NCBI GenBank assembly: GCA_946496065.1
Contig: CAMMFF010000006.1
Location: forward strand, 3,216 to 67,215
Length of the DNA stretch: 64,000 nucleotides
Reading direction: 5' to 3'
Origin: an uncultured Clostridia bacterium
GTDB lineage: Bacteria > Bacillota > Clostridia > Christensenellales > UBA1242
The notes below the pieces were generated by a model, which ran no database searches, was not told the origin of the DNA, and was given only the letters and a program-made list of their open reading frames with translations. Both the position numbers and the translations under genes were made by a program. Below, piece after piece: positions 59,388-64,000 of the stretch (positions within the stretch are counted from its first letter, which is position 1; each line of letters starts with the position of its first letter).

Positions 59388-62300
59388 TTAAATTTTCTTT
59401 GCAAACTTAACAATGATGAAACTGTCTCCAACCTCGACATTCTTTTCAATGTCAGGTTTTTCAATCTTTTCAACTGCACGAATAATCAAAACTTCTTGTT
59501 TGATTTTGTCCATATAATTGTAAAGCATCGTTGCAAGACTTTCGTCAGCAGTTTCAAAATATGCATAAATTCTGTCATCGATAGAAAAATCTGCTTCTTT
59601 TCTGAGCACTTGAAGCCCTCTGACAAATTCGCGATACAAACCTTCCAAAATCAAGTTTTCGTCAAGAGTGATGTCAAGCACAACAGTGTTGCCATTTTCA
59701 TGGGCAATCACAAAGTCGGTCTTAGGTTTTTTCTCCAAATTGAAAAGTTCACTGTCCAAATCTTTAAACTCTCCAACTGAAACTTTTCCATTTTTATAGT
59801 CCTGCATAACCTTCTTGTTTTCTTCATCAGAGAGTGACGCCAAAACGGTCTTCAATTTCTGAACTTCTCCTTTCAAAACTGCTCCTGCTTTTTTGAAGTT
59901 AACAGACAAATATTCATCATTAAACTTGCTGTCATCAACAACACATTCAAGTTCTTTGACATTCAATTCTTCTTTGATTATGTCTTCAAAATCAGAAAGC
60001 ACCGAAACAGTCTTGTCCCCACCTGCAACATACATAATGCGAAGAGGTTGTTTAACTTTGATTTGATTTTCATTTCTAAGTCTTTGAGCAGTTGACATGA
60101 TGTCTCTTGCAATGTTTGTTCTTTCCAAAATGTCGCCAAAATCTTCGTCATAAATCTTTGTTGGGAAACCACTGAGCATAATGCACTCAACTTCTTTCTT
60201 CTCAATTTCTCTGACCATATTTTGCCAAATATATTCTGTCACAAATGGAATGATTGGAGCCATCACCCTAATCATTGCATTGATTGCACTATACAAGCAC
60301 CAATACGCAGTCAACTGGTCATCTTTGTTTTCGCTTTTCCAGAATCTCTTACGATTGCTTCTGATATAGAAATTGGAAATGTCATCAACCAATTTTTCAA
60401 AATCACGAACAACAACAAACTGCTTGTCGTCGGCATAATTTTTGTCGCTGTTCTCAACAAATTTATTTATGCTCTGAATGAGCCATTTATCTGACACCAG
60501 CAAATTCTCTGACTTTGGTTTGAATCCTTCAAGAGCAGGATTGTCAATGCAAGCATAGGTATTGAAAAATGTGTAAATGTTCCAGAAAGCCAAAATCTTT
60601 CTTCTTGCTTCGTCAGTCAAAGTGAAACCAAATCTCATGTCATTGCTTGGACTTGAAGAAGAATAAAGATATCTCACAACATCCGCTCCAACCTTGTCAG
60701 CAACAATATCTGCTTCCAAAGAATTTCCACCACTCTTATGGAACTCTCCGCCGTGTTCGTCTTTGACATATTGATATGTTACAAGTTTTTTGTATGGAGC
60801 CTTTCCAGTGAGCACAACACTCATGATGAGAAGTGAATAGAACCAAAGTTTGATTTGTTCAATCATTTCGCAAACATAATCACTTGGGAAGTTTGCTTCA
60901 AAAAACTTTTTGTCAGTGAAATATTTTTTTGTTGAAAATGGAGTAATTCCCGCATCAAGCCAAACGTCTCCAACATCTGGAACACGAGAAACTTCTTCTC
61001 CACAATCACACTTGATTTTGATGTCATCAATCCATGGTCTGTGAATGTTTGGAAGTTTATCCACAAGCTCAGGACTGGTCGCTCTCTTTTTCAGTTCTTC
61101 AAGTGAACCAATAACGTGTACTTTGCCACATTTTTCACAAACATAGAAAGGAAGAGGAAGTCCATAGAAACGACTTCTTGAAATGTTCCAATCTCCCATG
61201 TTTTGGAGCCAGTCAATCATTCTCTTTTTGGCATATTCAGGTTTAAATTCAACATCTTCAATTGCCTTGAGAGCCATTGGTCTGATTTCATCAATTTTGA
61301 TAAACCAACCAGAAACCAATTTATACACCAAATCTGTCTTACATCTCCAGCAGAAAGGATATGAGTGTTTGTATTTGTGTGCATAGAGAAGTTTTCCATC
61401 TTCTTTCAAACGATTAACCACCAAATCAACAACATCAGTTGTCTTTTTGCCAGCAAGGAAACCTGTGTTTGAAAGCATAACTCCCTGCTCGTTGATTGGA
61501 CAAATCTCAGGAAGTCCCAATGCTTGTCCCAAATCAAAGTCCTCTGCACCACAACCTGGAGCAATGTGAACAACACAACTTCCTTCCACATTGTCAACTT
61601 CGTCCCAAGCAACAATTTTATGTGCAAAATTTTCTTCTGAAAGTTCTGGGAAACAAGTTTCATATTCAAGACCGACAAGTTCCGAACCCTTAAACTCTTT
61701 CAAAATTTTGACATCTTCTTTCAAAATTTTCAAGCGGTCTTTTCCAAGAACAAGTTTTTCTCCGTGAAAATCAACTTCAACATAGTCAAACTCTGGATTG
61801 ACAGCAAGAGCGACATTCGCAGCAAGAGTCCATGGAGTTGTTGTCCATGTAACCATTTTGAAATCTTTGTTTTTGACCGGAAGTCTAATGAAAACTGCAG
61901 TATGTTCCACTTCGTGATAAGAAGACGACATTTCGTGTTCTGACAAACTTGTTCCACAACGAGGACACCAAGCCATTGGTCTATTTTTCCTAATTATCCA
62001 ACCATGCTTGTCACATTCTTTCAAGAAATGCCAAATTGAAGTGATGTTTTCGTCAGTGTTGGTGTAATAACTGTTATCCCAATCCATCCACTGTCCCATA
62101 CGAATTGATTGGTTTGTGATTTCGTTACCAAAATATTTCACTCTTTCCATACACTTGTTTGTGAATTTATCAATTCCATATTGCACAATCTCAGGTTTTC
62201 CATTGAGTCCAAGTTCTTTTTCAACATTAACTTCCACCCAAAGGCCTTGTCCATCAAAGCCGTTTTGATATTGACAATCTTTGCCCTTGAGAGCATTGTA

Positions 62301-62507
62301 ACGAATTGTCAAATCTTTGAGTGTTCTTCCCCAAAAATGGTGAATCCCAAGACGGTTGTTTGCAGTTGCAGGACCATCAAGAAACTTAAATCTGTCATGT
62401 CCAGCATTTTTCTTTACCAACTTATGGAAACTGTCGTTTTCCTTCCAAAACTTCAAAATTCCTTTTTCTAATTCCACAAAATTTGGAACTGTAACTTCTT
62501 TTTTCAC
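59388..62507 (-). CDS. ileS: Isoleucine--tRNA ligase, type 2 (eukaryote-like)
   Basis: DGP..AN, WTTTPWTL, DWNISR, C-terminal EG..REFVR..Q.LRK; GTG start with GGAGG; upstream Ile T-box. Confidence 0.95.
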   Translation of the reverse strand: MKKEVTVPNFVELEKGILKFWKENDSFHKLVKKNAGHDRFKFLDGPATANNRLGIHHFWGRTLKDLTIRYNALKGKDCQYQNGFDGQGLWVEVNVEKELGLNGKPEIVQYGIDKFTNKCMERVKYFGNEITNQSIRMGQWMDWDNSYYTNTDENITSIWHFLKECDKHGWIIRKNRPMAWCPRCGTSLSEHEMSSSYHEVEHTAVFIRLPVKNKDFKMVTWTTTPWTLAANVALAVNPEFDYVEVDFHGEKLVLGKDRLKILKEDVKILKEFKGSELVGLEYETCFPELSEENFAHKIVAWDEVDNVEGSCVVHIAPGCGAEDFDLGQALGLPEICPINEQGVMLSNTGFLAGKKTTDVVDLVVNRLKEDGKLLYAHKYKHSYPFCWRCKTDLVYKLVSGWFIKIDEIRPMALKAIEDVEFKPEYAKKRMIDWLQNMGDWNISRSRFYGLPLPFYVCEKCGKVHVIGSLEELKKRATSPELVDKLPNIHRPWIDDIKIKCDCGEEVSRVPDVGDVWLDAGITPFSTKKYFTDKKFFEANFPSDYVCEMIEQIKLWFYSLLIMSVVLTGKAPYKKLVTYQYVKDEHGGEFHKSGGNSLEADIVADKVGADVVRYLYSSSSPSNDMRFGFTLTDEARRKILAFWNIYTFFNTYACIDNPALEGFKPKSENLLVSDKWLIQSINKFVENSDKNYADDKQFVVVRDFEKLVDDISNFYIRSNRKRFWKSENKDDQLTAYWCLYSAINAMIRVMAPIIPFVTEYIWQNMVREIEKKEVECIMLSGFPTKIYDEDFGDILERTNIARDIMSTAQRLRNENQIKVKQPLRIMYVAGGDKTVSVLSDFEDIIKEELNVKELECVVDDSKFNDEYLSVNFKKAGAVLKGEVQKLKTVLASLSDEENKKVMQDYKNGKVSVGEFKDLDSELFNLEKKPKTDFVIAHENGNTVVLDITLDENLILEGLYREFVRGLQVLRKEADFSIDDRIYAYFETADESLATMLYNYMDKIKQEVLIIRAVEKIEKPDIEKNVEVGDSFIIVKFAKKI

Positions 62508-62529
62508 GAGATTCCTCCTAGATTTATAA

Positions 62530-62828
62530 TAAAAAGCCTTGAAAGTTACAAGAACCTCAAGGCATTTTTAAACCACTTGTAAACTTTCAGTGTGCCAACA
62601 CACACCTGCTTAAACTCACGGGAAGCCAACCGTCTTCGCCTATCACCAATGAAGCGGAGGATTTTCTGTTCATTTTTAAACAAACAATTTCTCACACATC
62701 CACTCACATCACTGATGCTTCGGAAAGCAACTCGAAAAGTGATAATTTCAACAACTTCATATCGCCTTACACCAAACGGCAACTCTCTGAAAATCCATAC
62801 ATCAAAATCTTGTCTTTTCTCAAACGTC
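62530..62828 (-). promoter_or_regulatory. T-box riboswitch, Ile specifier (AUC)
   Basis: Stem I GAAAAG/CTTTTC with GA motif, AGAGAG bulge, GGTGTAA loop and ATC specifier; terminator GCCTTGA..TCAAGGC-TTTTT; TTGACA-17-TATAAT promoter at 62887-62915. Confidence 0.8.
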
Positions 62829-62923
62829 TTTAACTTGTTTTTAACTATTCAGTTTTAAATTCTCAAAATATTCAAGAATTATTGTCATTATACACAAACC
62901 AGAAATCAATGTCAAATATTGTA

Positions 62924-63682
62924 TTAATAATTCTCCAATATCTTATTCATTTTCAAGGTATCAGCACCTGTCATAATGCCAAGTGGTTTCTCTTTTGCTC
63001 CACCATTTTTTGTGACCAGAATGGCCAAAAGTTTGGAATTTTGATGAAACAAAGAAAGAGCCTGTTCAATTGTTATATCTTGATTGGCAAACGCATAATA
63101 GTTGCTGTTTTCAATTTTTGAAAGCATATCTTCGATTTTAACTGCATCAAGAAAAGTATCGCACTTGCCACCTGCAAGCAAATATTGTCCCAAAGAATCC
63201 AAAATTTTTTGTCCATTTGCAATTCCAATAATTTCGTTATTTTCATTAAAAACAGGCAAATTGGAATAATGTGATTCAGCCATAATTTTGATAACTTCTC
63301 TCATTGATTTTGATGCATGAACTGACAAAACATCTCTCCTTGCAACTGTGTCAAGAGCACGAGGTGGGGTTGTTAAAAGTTTTGCAATTTTTTCAATTTT
63401 TTCAACGACATCTGTATGAGGTTCAGCAATGATAAAATCATCGTTTCCATGAACAATTGCGTTTCTCAGCCTTCCATAACTGATCAAATCATCTTCATAT
63501 TTTCTTATTGTATAATTAAAGGCAACCGCTTTTCTCACAGCCTCAGAAAATCCCATACTGCGGTTCATGTTATAGCGTGTTTTGATGGTGTAATCAATGT
63601 CATTGAATGCTGCCAAAAACTTCATAGCATTAGACTTCTCGACAGTATCTTTGACATATGTGTCATTTTGATTCTCGTCCAT
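62924..63682 (-). CDS. Protein with N-terminal HEPN-like (RNAIVH) region and tandem CBS domains
   Basis: RLRNAIVH; MAESHYSNLPV...IIGI and LGIMT..D CBS patterns; AGGGG RBS before ATG 63682. Confidence 0.75.
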   Translation of the reverse strand: MDENQNDTYVKDTVEKSNAMKFLAAFNDIDYTIKTRYNMNRSMGFSEAVRKAVAFNYTIRKYEDDLISYGRLRNAIVHGNDDFIIAEPHTDVVEKIEKIAKLLTTPPRALDTVARRDVLSVHASKSMREVIKIMAESHYSNLPVFNENNEIIGIANGQKILDSLGQYLLAGGKCDTFLDAVKIEDMLSKIENSNYYAFANQDITIEQALSLFHQNSKLLAILVTKNGGAKEKPLGIMTGADTLKMNKILENY

Positions 63683-63834
63683 AGTTTCCCCTTTTACATT
63701 AGAATATAACATAAAAAGACAGGAAAATAAAAACAAATTAAATCATTTAACAAAATAAATTACAAAATATTTAAAAAATTTTTCAATTTCAACGAATTTT
63801 GAATTAACAAAACAAAAATTATAATATTTCAAAC

Positions 63835-64000
63835 TCAACTTGGAGTGAAATTCAAAGAAGAGTTTGATCCAAAGTATATCTCTGGAATCTCTCCAACAAT
63901 GACACTTTCTGCCACCAAAACCTCTGTCACACTGTCGATAGTTGCAGTATAAGCTGGCAAAATCATGCTGACGCTTGCATAAAGTTTGATATACACAGTG
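63835..64000 (-). CDS. yunB: Sporulation protein YunB, C-terminal part
   Basis: Manual translation ...VYIKLYASVSMILP...EVLVAESVIVGEIPEIYF...stop, matching the YunB C-terminus. Confidence 0.75.
   Translation of the reverse strand, partial: TVYIKLYASVSMILPAYTATIDSVTEVLVAESVIVGEIPEIYFGSNSSLNFTPS

Noticed and set aside
62546-62858. Short ORFs on both strands upstream of ileS
   Set aside because: They overlap the T-box leader, which explains the sequence.

Overview
AT-rich core-chromosome segment of a low-GC Firmicute, most consistent with a streamlined, spore-forming Clostridia-type lineage (Firmicute-type operons, a T-box leader, yunB, a sigmaK-like promoter). The standard genetic code fits. 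Most of the window is housekeeping: gap/rpiB/ywlE, lysS-nth-obgE-yhbY, lepA-hemW-ylxM-ffh, rpsP-khpA-rimM-trmD-rbgA-yraN-rplS, rimP-nusA-ylxR-ylxQ-infB-rbfA-nrnA-truB, rpsB-tsf, frr-uppS-cdsA-rseP, tadA-thyX, tlyA, pepF and ileS. I saw no rRNA, tRNA, CRISPR array, transposase or integrase. The standout observations are remodelled core machinery. (1) The polC locus encodes a 510-aa protein with PolC N-terminal, OB and intact DEDDh exonuclease domains plus a clamp-binding-like QDTMF motif, but no PHP or polymerase domains. (2) A Rho homologue keeps its N-terminal and RNA-binding region but has lost all ATPase motifs. (3) A 651-aa orphan with mTERF-like repeats sits in the pyrH slot, next to a 2x120-bp structured tandem repeat in the frr leader. 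(4) A family of conserved-end hairpin elements is present, two of which bracket a rhomboid gene like a cassette. (5) An IleRS2 has GIHH/EFHKS signature motifs and a T-box with a non-canonical antiterminator. (6) There is a HEPN-CBS protein, plus NrdR-box-like palindromes at non-nrd genes and several apparently leaderless genes. All family assignments come from motif recognition by eye and need HMM or structure confirmation.
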